Positions 1 through 11,683 of a stretch of DNA of 64,000 nucleotides are shown one piece after another. The DNA is from Podarcis tiliguerta (taxonomy: Eukaryota). A program made the translations under genes and the position numbers. Location: the NCBI GenBank assembly GCA_965153285.1, contig OZ229110.1. One strand, 5' to 3'. The notes beneath the pieces were generated by a model. It was not told the DNA's origin and ran no database searches. It saw nothing but the letters and a program-made list of their open reading frames with translations. How positions within the stretch are numbered: position 1 is the stretch's first letter; the number at the start of each line of letters is the position of its first letter.

Positions 1-240
1 CTAATGAGCGGTTTTGTCTAATCCTGTCCCCTGCAATTTGTCTTGTCTTGTGGGCTTGATTGCTTCACCCATTGTGTGGCCTGCATGAACCGTGGTTTCT
101 GACCCTGCTCTGATGCCCACCATCCATGTTATGGACACCCTGAATGTTATGGATATAGCTGGGCTTTGTACCTTTGGGTTAGAAGGATTCTGCTTTGGCC
201 TTTGGCCTTTGACTCCATGGATCCATCTCTCTATCCTTAG

Positions 241-2480
241 GGTCATGCAGAGCCCTGAGTGTCGAATGGACCGGCACAACCTAGCACGTATCTTTGGACC
301 GACTCTAGTTGGGCACAGTAATCCTAGCCCTTCCCCACGCATCATCATGGAAGACACACCACGTCAATGCCTGGTAACAGATGCAACCTGTATTTGTTAC
401 TTGTGTGCAGTATTTAATTTTTTTCTGACCCTCTGTGGGACTGCAGGAAAGACTGCACAATGCTCAGACTGTACATCAAGCAAAATCCTGATGTAGTTTG
501 GAACTGAGGATTGATTATTTTTGTTGCACCAGGGTAGCTCTTGTGAACTCAGTGGAATGTGGGGAGGTACCCTGAGCTTGGAGGAATGCTTCTGCTAATT
601 GTGACAAAGGCAGGAACCAAGTCCTGACGGTGGGAAATCCTGCTTACATCTGAGACTTTGCCAAGCATTTTAAACAGATTTTTAATATTATATTTTTGTC
701 TTATGGGCTAGAAACTTGCTTTTTTATATTAAAAGGTGGGTGGGGAGCTGAGATTCCCAGAAACACTAATTTTAGCCCAGTGCAAAATTCGGCAAGTGAG
801 CCCTTGCTATGTGCCATGGCTTCCTTATTCCATAAAATTTCATAAGAGCTGCAGTAAGAAATTCAAAAGTTAAGGTAACAAATGGGGCGTAACTGACTGC
901 TGCTTAATCAATGCTCTTGCATATCAAGTAGTAGAGTTTAGAGAATTATTCTGAATGCTTTGTTTCAAATATTGACTTGTGAGAGTGTCAGCTTTCACTG
1001 TTCCACCAAGCTTGCGTTTTTGCAAGCTCTCATCTCTACCACATTGTCAATAAATTTATGATGAGAACTGAATCCATGTGAAAACAATGGGCAGATAGAC
1101 ACCTCTGTGGAACATAAGCAAGAACCAGCTAATGAAGGCCGGGTGGGGCAGATGGGGAAGAATTTCCACGGTTAGGCAGCAGACAAAAGCTAACATGATT
1201 CCATTCCCCTGCAGGTGGTTGCCAATCTCTTAGCACTGCCTCTTTCGTTCTGGAGACATTTTGTGGGAGAAGAGCAGGAAAACCTGGTGCCTTCGGTGCA
1301 AAAGCCCAGTGTTGTGAATGAGCAAGGTGAATTGCAGTGTGGGTGGCTTGGGGAGGAAGAAATACAAGAGCCCCATCCTTACCCAGTTTTGGTGATCCTC
1401 TGAAGGACAGGTTGGTGTAGTGGAGCTGGACCTAATATTTCCCTCTAACCTTCCACCCACAGACCAGGTCTTCTTTCCTCTAACTCCCCCTGAAGTCAGC
1501 ACCATCCAGATGAGCCCAGGAGGTGGCTGTCTCCCTAATAAGCTATGGGACTGCATTGGGACCACCTTCCCACCCTCGTAAGTGAGCTGGCACAGCTGCC
1601 TGGGGTGCATTTTGTGGGGTTGCAGGGGAGGGGGACCTGTGAGCTGAATGCAGCAGGTCTTTCCCCTCACAGATCCTGCTCCACTCCCTGCTTTTGCCTA
1701 ACTGGAATGTGCTGTTAAACTATGATGGTGCTCTTGCTTGCCCGGATGGAGAAGTAGCGAGTGTCTGTTTGGGTGTGTGAGAGAGAACCTCTGGTCTTCG
1801 TATGGCTGGAACATAGTCCAAAGATAGTCAAAGAGAGCCAGTGTGGTGTAGTGGTTAAGAGCGGTAGTCACGTAATCTGGGTAACCGGGTTCGCGTCTCC
1901 GCTCCTCCACATGCAGCTGCTGGGTGACCTTGGGCCAGTCACACTTCCTTGAAGTCTCTCAGCCCCACTCACCTCACAGAGTGTTTGTTGTGGGGGAGGA
2001 AGGGAAAGGAGAATGTTAGCCGCTTTGAGACTCCTTAAAGGGAGTGAAAGGCGGGATATCAAATCCAAAACTCTTCAATGAGAAGTCACACCAGCTGCTC
2101 TGACCACTTTTGCTTCCGGCCCTGCTCACCACTAGTTTGCCACACCAGGAAGGTTGCCTGTGAGGGAAGGCTTTCTTCCGGCTAAAACCCTGCTGCTACT
2201 GAGTGCTGCTACCATCCTTGGATAAGGACTGGGATTGTTTGGGAAGGGTTATCAAACTCTTGTTGCCACAGCTGCCCATGTGCCCATGCCCCTGAGGTGT
2301 GGAGGCTCCTACATGTTGTGGGGGTTCTCTGACCTTCCTTTCACCTGCCCAGAGGGGCTGCTGCCAAGGGGGCTGTCATAGATATCCACTCTGGGGTCTC
2401 CCTCTCCTGTTTTGTCTTCTGCCAGGAATGCCTCCCGCACCAAGAAGACGGGCAAATTCTTCCCACTTCCAGTATCATGA
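241..2480 (+). CDS. RACGAP1-like (MgcRacGAP/CYK4 paralog), last four coding exons; 5' part lies upstream of the window. Exons 241-373, 1215-1326, 1463-1577, 2426-2480(TGA)
   Basis: AG/GT-bounded exons with compatible phases translate to RVMQSPECRMDRHNLARIFGPTLVGHSNPSPSPRIIMEDTPRQCL|VVANLLALPLSFWRHFVGEEQENL...|DQVFFPLTPPEV...|SNASRTKKTGKFFPLPVS*. This resembles the end of the RACGAP1 RhoGAP domain (KMDVANLAKVFGPTIVAH...[23 protein letters not shown]...EQENI) and its GNFFASP tail. The last exon is less certain. Confidence 0.82.
1832..2076 (+). mobile_element. Squam3-like tRNA-derived SINE, full length
   Basis: tRNA-like head (GCCAGTGTGGTGTAGTGGTTAAGAGC...GGGTTCGCGTCTCC), body GGGTGACCTTGGGCCAGTCACAC...CCTCACAGAGTGTTTGTTGTGG, LINE-like tail ending CTCTTC. 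Confidence 0.8.
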
Positions 2481-4526
2481 AGCAACTCTGATGCACCAGC
2501 GTTGCCTTGGCTTCCTCCCAGAAACCCTCTTCCTTGCCTCCTCCAGATTCCAGGCCTGTGTCCTCACATTTCATAGGGAGATGCTATGTGCCTTATCTCT
2601 TAATGGTGGCTGACAATCCTTTCTCCAACCTCCATGATCAGGAACAGAGGAGATCTTGCCCCTCCCCTTTCATACTGTTGGGTCTTGCTTTGTGGACTTC
2701 TGAGTTTGCTGAAAACTCCAGGCATGTTCTTGAGCCATCTGTTTCCTCTGTTATGATGGACTCTGGGGCAGTGAAAACTGGGTTCAGCTTACCTTGTGTG
2801 CATACCTTTTGTGCCTTTCCCCCCATGTCCATTACCGGTTATACTTGAATGGCAGAGTTGCTGTCATGTGGTGGATGGGGAAAGTCATTTCCTGGAGCAG
2901 TTCATTAGTGGTATCATTCTGAACAAAAACCAAACATGGTACATTTGGAGGTTTCTCTAGCAATAGAATCCTCATCACCTCAATCACTGATTTTTGCTCT
3001 TGGTGCTGTCCCTGGTCCTCGTTAGATCACTTAGATGTTTACAGAGGGCAGCTTCCTCAAAAATTGGAGTGGCTAAACACGAAGTGGTGGTATTTACTAG
3101 CACATGAGGTTGGTATTACTATTCCCCCCCCCTTCACAGTTTCTGTAACTCCTGTGCCTTCTCCATTTGGGGTTTGTGGGGGTGTCAGCTGTGTTGGTGC
3201 ACCACCCAACCAATCCCTTCTGCCCGGAATCATCCTAGAAGTAGTACCTCTGACCCAGCTTGGCCATGTGTCAGCCCTGAGTGAGGCCATTTACTGTTAA
3301 TGGGTGTGCCTTAATCACCGATGGAACTTAATTGATGCTGAACTTAAGGAAGCAAGACTTCTTAGCTCTGTACTTTTGCATTACCCTGTATCAATCAGTT
3401 ATGAAAACGTCGTAAGAGTCTCCTGAGGCTAAAATGTTCACATATCCTTCGGGAGTGAATAGTATCAAAGAAGGATGGGAGATGAAAGACTGTCCAGAGC
3501 AATGACTTGGTTTTGTTTCAGTTTTGTCTCTCACACAGTCTCTCGTTTCCCTTCTCTCTCTTGAGACTCACTCCGGCCCAATCCCTTCTCTTTCTCTGCT
3601 TGTTTCAGCAGTGCTCTAAACTTATGTATTTTGCTGAGGGAATTTTGGGTTCTTGCCACCTGAAAGATTCCATGGCTCTTAACAAATTATTTCCCCTTTG
3701 TGAACTCCCAACTGACTCTCAGTATGCTGAGTGGAAGGAGCTGTAGCATGAACTTCTTTTCCAATGTGTGAGTCAACCGTACCCCAATGGCTGGGAACTG
3801 TGGTTCTAAATGCTCAGTGAGGTCCCTCTAATGGGTGCTGAGTGCTTTAAAGGCATGGTCAACAGCAGGGAATTGGGTGTGGATGAGGATGCTCTCAAAG
3901 GGTGTTTTGAATTTCTGGGTCCCCATTAAAATTCCATTGTGGATTTTTCTTTCATAAATATATTTGAAAATACTTGAACAAGAATATCCTAATAGCCTAA
4001 TAATAAAGACACTCTGTTATCAATCTATCATAATAAAAACTATAATATTAGCATGTAACAGTCTTGCTATTGATCATTCAAAGAAGTCCACCCTCTTCCT
4101 TTCTCCTACCTTTAAATGTGCCCTTGCTAGTTTCTTTTTTTCTTCCTGGAGCAGCGAGCAGCAAATCTGGTGCCCTTCAGATGTTTTGGACCACAGTTAC
4201 AATCACCGGCCATGCTGGGTGGAGCTGACGACAGTTTTAATCCAAAACATCTGCAGAGCCCCCTATTGGCTGCCCCCTATCCTGGAGATGCATTGCTCCT
4301 CCTGTGAAACGTAATAGCATCACCAACTGGCCACTGAACATGTGGCCTCCAGTGGATAAAATAGCTCTACCTGTCTCAGAGTGGGATACGTGTTGGCTGT
4401 TGAAAGAAAAGGTGTAACTATCCCCAGGAACTTTCTACTTCCCTGGAATATCCAAGTACCTTATGCATACATACAAACAAAGGTAGTCATGCTTGTTTGC
4501 ATATAGTCTGTGTCTTAATATGAAAG

Positions 4527-4532
4527 TTTATT
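4527..4532 (-). other. Candidate polyadenylation signal (AATAAA) ending the distal PRKAG3 transcript
   Basis: TTTATT on the + strand, downstream of the alternative PRKAG3 exon and close to the convergent RACGAP1-like 3' end (+ strand AATAAA at about 4002). Confidence 0.35.
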
Positions 4533-4667
4533 TCAAAGAACATGAACACAGCAACAAGAAGAGAAACTGCATGCTTTCCTGTAGTGAGACCCTCCCTACT
4601 AAGTCTGCTGGGAAAATGCTACCTACCTCCTAGCAAATCCTTCTGTTGCTGCTAGGGGACCTCAATA

Positions 4668-4909
4668 CAGTGGTACCTTGGGTTACATACGCTTCAGGTT
4701 ACATACGCTTCAGGTTACAGACTCCACTAACCCAGAAATAGTACCTCGGGTTAAGAACTTTGCTTCAGGAGGATAACAGAAATTGCGCCGCCACAGCGAG
4801 GCAGCAGTGGGAGGCCCCATTAGCTAAAGTGGTGCTTCAGGCTAAGAACAGTTTCAGGTTAAGAATGGACCTTTGGAACAAATTAAGTATGTAACCAGAG
4901 ATACCACTG
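4668..4909 (+). mobile_element. Tc1/mariner (Tigger-like) MITE
   Basis: TIRs CAGTGGTACC...TACCACTG flanked by TA on both sides; internal TTCAGGTTA repeats; related copies at 34640 and 60433. Confidence 0.85.
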
Positions 4910-5107
4910 TAGTCAAAAGCCTTGGTTTTTACTGTAGGCTGAAGAGGAAAGATTGCAAGTTGCTTGTTGTCAGCTATAGGAAAATGGTGGACTGAGCTAG
5001 GTTTTTTCTAAAGTTGACAGAAAGTGACCCCATAGTGTTCTGTAATGGTATAAAATACATTTGAAAGCATTCCCATGAATTTCAGAACTCCCCGTTCCCT
5101 CTTATTT

Positions 5108-5385
5108 CATAGAATCATAGAGTTGGAAGAGACCACAAGGGCCATCGAGTCCAACCCCCTGCCAAGCAGGAAACACCATCAGAGCACTCCTGACATATGG
5201 TTGTCAAGCCTCTGCTTAAAGACCTCCAAAGAAGGAGACTCCACCACACTCCTTGGCAGCAAATTCCACTGTCGAACAGCTCTTACTGTCAGGAAGTTCT
5301 TCCTAATGTTTAGGTGGAATCTTCCTTCTTGTAGTTTGGATCCATTGCTCCATGTCCGCTTCTCTGGAGCAGCAGAAAACAACCT
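5108..5385 (-). mobile_element. CR1 LINE 3' end (5'-truncated)
   Basis: ORF2 C-terminus RFHLNIRKNFLTVRAVRQWNLLPRSVVESPSLEVFKQRLD followed by the ATTCTATG-type terminal repeat. Confidence 0.9.
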
Positions 5386-6090
5386 ATTTTTCTTCAGCTT
5401 AGGTCACATCAGCCTCACACCTTGTTGCTGGTTCAGGTACAATGAAAAATCACAACAATAAAAATAATGCAACAGCCTGCTAAGTGTTTAGTCCTGTGTT
5501 GGAAGCAACCTGCCTTTTCTCCAAAGCAGCAGGGTCTAATGGGGAAATCTTTCTCCCTGTTGAAGTCATGGAGCCAAACCACTGCGCTTGTAGTCTACCT
5601 TCCTCTTGTGAGTGTCATGGGCCTTCTTGAGTGTCTGTGTGTCTGGAGCAGTAGCAGTCACCTCAGTGCAGTCAAAAGCATCTGCTAGAGGCCTTGAAAC
5701 AGGATGGATTTTTGGCATGATAACATGTCCTACAGTCAGCAGGGGATAGAAAAAGGAGACAAGCAACAGGTGCAAATGTTCAACCAGGGCCAGCTTTCTC
5801 TCCATCTGTAGCATGGCTGCTTGTATAACACTCTAGCAGATTTCAGCGGTTGAAAAATCTATTTACAGTTCTGCAGTTCAGATCCTCTTTTCTTATTGCT
5901 TCTCTCACCTCTTTCTGCATCATGGGAGGGAGGAGGGAGGAGGAACGCGCAGCCAAAGCACCAATGTTGCCTGTTAGGAAGAAATCTCTCTCTCTTTCAT
6001 GGGCTGGAAAGCCCCACCTTACCCTCATGTGTCATAGATGCCCTGGAGGTAACCCAAAGTGCTGGGTAGCAAGTGTGGCCTTTAGTGGCA

Positions 6091-6113
6091 TCAGATTGAA
6101 TACCGGTCGATGC
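6091..6113 (-). CDS. PRKAG3: Alternative C-terminal coding exon of PRKAG3 (GIDRYSI*), exon 6023-6113, reached from an internal phase-1 donor at 9808
   Basis: Strong acceptor (ttaactttcttcattcccttctacag|GC ATC GAC CGG TAT TCA ATC TGA), in frame with CCT GCA G|gtatcg inside the 9785-9901 exon. It regenerates G-I-D and is followed by a canonical donor GAGG|gtaagg at 6022. Confidence 0.65.
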
Positions 6114-9100
6114 CTGTAGAAGGGAATGAAGAAAGTTAATACCATAGTGGGAGAAGGATCCTGCCCTATGCGTCTCCCTCTTTGTTGTCTGATGGGAGTG
6201 ATTCGGTTGGGAAGCAGCTGTTTCCTTCCATGAACTACATATCCCAAAGGATAAGTCCTGTCCCCCAAGCTGGCCTGCTGGGAAGAATCGCTGCAGTCAT
6301 AGACACAGGCCAGGCTGTGCCTCCTATAACAAACTCCTGGCCTAGAGAACGTGCAGAAGCCTCATTGGATGCGGTGGCCTCCTCACTAAAAAGAAATATT
6401 CCCAAATGGGGTGATCAGTAAAGTTTCTAAAAGTTCAAAACCTCTTGCTTAAAGTTAGAGGCTTTTGATGATCAGAGGCTAGTTGGTGCCTGAAATGCAC
6501 CTCCTCTTTTCATGCTGCTTTTTATCATGTTAGCTGGTGGTCTCTCTTCTCCAGCCCAGCCCTTATGGTTCTTAGGTAGTCCTGTGGTTGCAATTACCAG
6601 AGAGGAGGCTTCTGCTTAAAAGCAGTTGCATTGCTCAAGCTGAGCAAGTTTGGCCCTGAAAGCGATATACAGGGGAAGACTGCCTGAGAATCCTTGGGAA
6701 GCTGCTCTGAGCTTTAGTGTTTTAGCCCCTGGTGTTACATGCCCAAGCTTATTAAATTTCTTGTGCTCGATCATAAACTAGATAATCAGGACTCAAAACC
6801 AGTTGGTTGAGTGGCAATTCTAAAAGTAACTCAGCCAGAAGATAGGTGCAGATCGAACTTATTTGCAGTTTCTTAGCTGCCTTTCAAGCATTGTACGGGG
6901 CGGGGGGTGATGTCCTAACAGGGCTGTTCTGCAGCAAAACAATGGCTTAGGATTTTGGCTAAGCAGCTCTATCCCACTGATTTATTCTGCAGTGAATTAT
7001 ACTTGAGGCAACTTGCATTTCCTTATATCAGGCCCAGGAAATGTGTGGCCCTCCTAGAAGTCCTACACCACCTCCCATCATCCCATACTGTTCCCCATGC
7101 TGGCTGAGGGCTGATGTGACTTGGGGAGTCCAACAACATCATGAGGACTGCACAGGTAAGCCACCCCCTCTAAGGCATGGTGGCTACAGGCGCTGACCAA
7201 AGAGATGCTACCCTACACAGACCACGGACAGATCCAGCCCAGCTTGCGTACAAACATGTAGGAACACAGATGCAGCCGTACACACAGCTAGTTGCGGGAA
7301 GGTGGCAACACAGTGAACCAGAGAGCCCATGGCATCAGGCAAGAACAAGGGAGATCATTCAGACTCAAGCCCAGTGGAACAAGGCAACAAGAAGCCGTAG
7401 GTGGTGGCAGCCTCTGTACCTGTGGCCAGAGCCTCTCCTGGGAGCCACATCAGCCAGAATTGTGTGCTTTTTGGGGAAATTGAGTGGTAAACGCAAGAGG
7501 AAGTAATAATGTGATTGCTATAACAACTAATGGGTAGTCTAGGTTGTGCACCAGCCACGCAAGGCATGAGGCCGATCTACGCCCCCCCCCCCCTTTATAG
7601 CTTATGTCAAGATGGAGGAGACGGTTCCTTAGCTCCTTTTTCTAGCTGCTGTGCTCATCCATCACTGAGATGCTCCTATGCAGGTGGAGGAGTGAGGGAA
7701 AGCTGACGACACCCCCGAAAACTTGTAGATAATGTAATAAAAGTAGCAGAAGCTGGATCCAGCAATAGAAAACTACTATACTGTCCCCGCTCCCCACAAT
7801 GGTAAGGGTAGCCTTGTTGCAAGGGAGATTGCTGAGCCCTTTAAATTAGAGAGATTAAATATTAATTTAAATAAAATAAACTGGGAATAAAAAGAATGGA
7901 AGTAAGAGAAGAAGTGAACGTAAAGGGAACAAAGAGAAGGGATTAAATAAGCAGGCTGTTTCTGGCAGGGGAAAGCAGGATACAAGTTAAGTGTGAAAGG
8001 AGATGGGGAGAAGAAATGAGAGATTATGAAAAATACTTTTTTGAATGGCATGTGTTTTTTTTGGGGGGGGGGGAAGCAGTATGTGCAGATAAAATGCCTT
8101 CTCCCCTTTTAGCCTCTAGCTCAGCAAATTCTGCCTATAATGGAGAGGCTGAGTCATGGTAGCTCCAGATCCAATGTCTATACTTAGCTTGGGGAAAGCT
8201 GAACTATGGAACTCCTTGTCACAAGGAAACCACTTTGGCAAAGAATTTAGCAGGTTCCAGAAATGGTTTAGATACCAGTGAACAATTATGCCAGATGATT
8301 AGAATAAACTCTGCCTCCATTCACCACCATTCTGTTACTGGCTCTGCCATTTTGTGTTTGGTGGGCTTCTCATGTGGTTGCTGGTGGGTAGAAAGCTTGA
8401 GAACTCCTGAGTTAGAAGTCAGAGAAGAAATCACAGGAGATGAGTAAAAATAGTTTACAAGGCATGGAAGGGGGGCAGGGGAAACTCTTCTGAGGTACAC
8501 AGTGGCTGAATTTCTGATGGGCAGCTTTGAAGTCACAGGCGAGCTTTCAGATAAAGGGGGGGGGACGGGGGGGGACAGACTGTGGCTGTGTGTGCTTTAT
8601 CTACTGAACATCATCTTTTTCCACTGCAACCTTTAAAGGCTAGGCTTGCCAGCTGACCTGACACTCTACCTGCCCCCAAGCTGTAACTGCCTCTGTGCCT
8701 TTAGCAACCACAACAGGTAAAGAAATCAGCTGGGGTGACTGTAGGGCATGGGAAGTAACATAACCCCCAGCTCATGTTACCCAGTGAACTGGTTGTTACT
8801 GAAAAACCACCATTTCCCTGTGATAAAATCTGTGCTAGGGAAATGCTGTGGAGAAGCAGGGTTTTATCATTGCAATTGGAAATGAATCTAACATGCAGCA
8901 CATCTACTAACACTCTGCCAAAAGAAATTTACATATATGTGAGACATACACCAGCTTTCCCACTACACAGCTGCTTAGTTTTCCGGATGCAGAGGATTCC
9001 TCTGATGCCGTCCAGTTCTTTAACCAGCTCTTCCCATGCAACAAAACACTTCCAACAATTGGTGTGCCGTGCTAGCACCAAGGGATGTGAAAAAGAGTAA

Positions 9101-9784
9101 GGAGAAAATCCGAATGGATCAGAGGTGGAATGAGAAGCTGCTGATTTTAAAGGTTTAAGCACAGCTTTGATGTATCAGGAGGCCTCTCTCTTGCCAGATG
9201 CTGGAACCCTGCCTGTGTGTGTCTGAGCAGCCCCCTTAATAATAATAAATGAATAAATAATGTATTAAATTTGTATACCACCCTTCATCTGAAGATCACA
9301 GGGCAGTTCACAACATAAAAATAAACGCAAAATACATAATAAAAACAAACCCATACCCCCCCCAAACACATTAAAAAGGACAGAATGTTAATCAGCAAAA
9401 GGCCTGGTTAAACAGAAACATTTTCACCTGGTGCTTAGATATATGCAATGAAGGTGCCAGGTGAGCCTTCTCAGGGAGTCACTGCAGAAAAGGCCCATTC
9501 TTGTTTTGCCACCCTGCGGCCCTCTCCTGAAGAGGTTCGTCCTACAAAGCTATGCTGTGTTTACGATCCATAGCATTGGCCTCCCTTCCAGGCTGGGTGT
9601 TTGGTTCTAGACAGACAGAAATACAGACCTGGCTTGGCCGGACGGACAAGAGAGACCCAGCAGCAAGGCAAAAACGAGCAGCAGGGCAGAGGCTAGAGAG
9701 GCCAAGGCATGGGGCCTACCTGAGCTGGAGAGAAGCGGAGGAAATGGAGGGTACAAATGGAGGAAGGATGGAGCGTCAGGCGGC

Positions 9785-11645
9785 TTAAGAGTTTAGGGCA
9801 TCGATACCTGCAGGCGTGAGAACCAGGGCTTGGAGAATGTCAGAGAGGGACACGATCCCCCGCGGGGTTTTCTTCTCATCCACCAGAACCAGACGATGGA
9901 CCTGCCAGATGAGTGAGCCACACACCATTATGGAGAGAAGAGTAACGGGATGAGCCGAGATGAGGGCTTGACATCCACAGAGTTACCCCTCCCACCTGAG
10001 GCAAACCTCAGAAACGTTTCCCTTTGGTGGCATAAGGCTATTATTATTATTAACATCATCACCATCCTAGTACAGCAAGATAGCCGAGGGAGAGGGCACT
10101 CTGGGAAAAGTTACAATTAAGAGTGGCAGGCAGGAAAGTTAAAGCTGAGTGTTGTCGCGCCACCTATTAGCCTTTAGTTGCAGAGGAGCAACTGTACAGA
10201 AAATAAGTCTAGGGCTGCTTCCCACATTATAATTTTTTAAGGTATGTGTGTTTGCATATGGAAACACCTGTTTGCTTCTAGAATGGGGAATCTGTGACCC
10301 TCTAGGTGTTTTTGCTGAACTACATTTCCCTTCATCCCTGGCCATTGACCATGCTGGCTGGGGCCCAACACTTTGTGAAGGGCCACAGGTTCCCCATCGG
10401 TTCAGTAAATCATTACACGCAACAGATAGATGTTTCCAGCCATATGCATCAGACCTGTATGTGCATCAGGGAGCTGGGACTTGCCGTGGCTTCCTGCTGT
10501 ATGGCAGCAAACAGCTGTTTTATCTCGTATAACATGTGAAGCAGCCTTTAGGTGTCCAGTTCTCATCAGCATCTGAAGATGGTTTCACTTACCTTGGGGA
10601 CCACCCACCTGAGCAATCTACCTCTTCTGTGCGGGCTCTCGGCTTTCCCCATGGACCCCCTTTTTAAGTGATTCATTGGGAATAGCTTCTACCCTAGAGA
10701 TGTCCCATGAGAATTATTTTGGGTGTTTTTGTTTTTTGCTTAAATGGTTGGAATACAGTATTCCACAATATTTCCCATCCTTTTCCTAGGGCCTGTAAGC
10801 CACTAGTGTGGACTTGTCTTTTCCATGAGTGTCATGGGGAAGAACAAGCCAGAGATGGTTACTGCTGGAACACCTATGCCAATAGAGAAAAGTCAATCAG
10901 GCGACAGGATTAGAGGCTGACTGGATTAGAAAGTGTCACTGGGCATGACTTGACTAAGCAGAAAGTAGAGTCAGAAGAGGTTTAGGCTGAACCTTTAACT
11001 CCAGAAGTCAGATTTTATGGACCTGGAGAGGTCAAGGTCTTGCCACAGAGTAACTGTTACCTAAAGCGCACATTCTTCCTTCTCCACTCTGGCATACCTG
11101 CTCCTTGGCGATGCGGTCAATAATGTCTTCCATCGTTTCGTAAGGATGGCAGGTGAGCACCCCTTCCAGACAGACTGAGCGCTGCTTCAGTGCTTCCCCC
11201 ACAGTAATGTCCAGGTTGTTGTAGGACTTCTGGGCAGCCAAGTGCTAAGCAGAGACAAGGAAATGGTTTGAAGCCACCATGACAGATCATCCAGGCAGGG
11301 GCTTGGCATTAGCAGAGAATAAAGCCACCCCAATCCCACTTTGCAAAGGTGGGAGAACTCTGGCTTTAATATCCAGGTAATTCTTGCTGAAACAAGGCTC
11401 AGTTGCTACACACTGGTTTAATGCACCTTGTGACAGCCACTTTGATAAATGGACCCTAATTCGCCATCAATTTAGAATCACAGCACTGGAGACAATGTTC
11501 TCCTTTGCTTTTCACCCTATGTTTAAGAGGGAAACCGCTGCTGACTTCTCTGTCTAGAGCTGAAAAATAGTAGTGAAAATTTGTATCACCACCTCAATCC
11601 CTTTAGATAGATGGAGTTCAGGAAACATTTGCGAGGGATACCAAA

Positions 11646-11683
<38 letters not shown>

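Noticed and set aside
4680-4870. Short direct repeats (TTCAGGTTA) that superficially resemble a CRISPR array
   Set aside because: They are internal repeats of a TA-flanked Tc1/mariner MITE in a eukaryotic genome, with no spacer regularity and no cas genes.
7177-7506. 109-aa ORF antisense within the distal PRKAG3 intron
   Set aside because: No recognisable homology or splice context; possibly a decayed repeat.
8442-8455. MEF2-like A/T sites (for example GTAAAAATAG) in PRKAG3 introns
   Set aside because: These are imperfect matches expected by chance and cannot be supported without conservation data.
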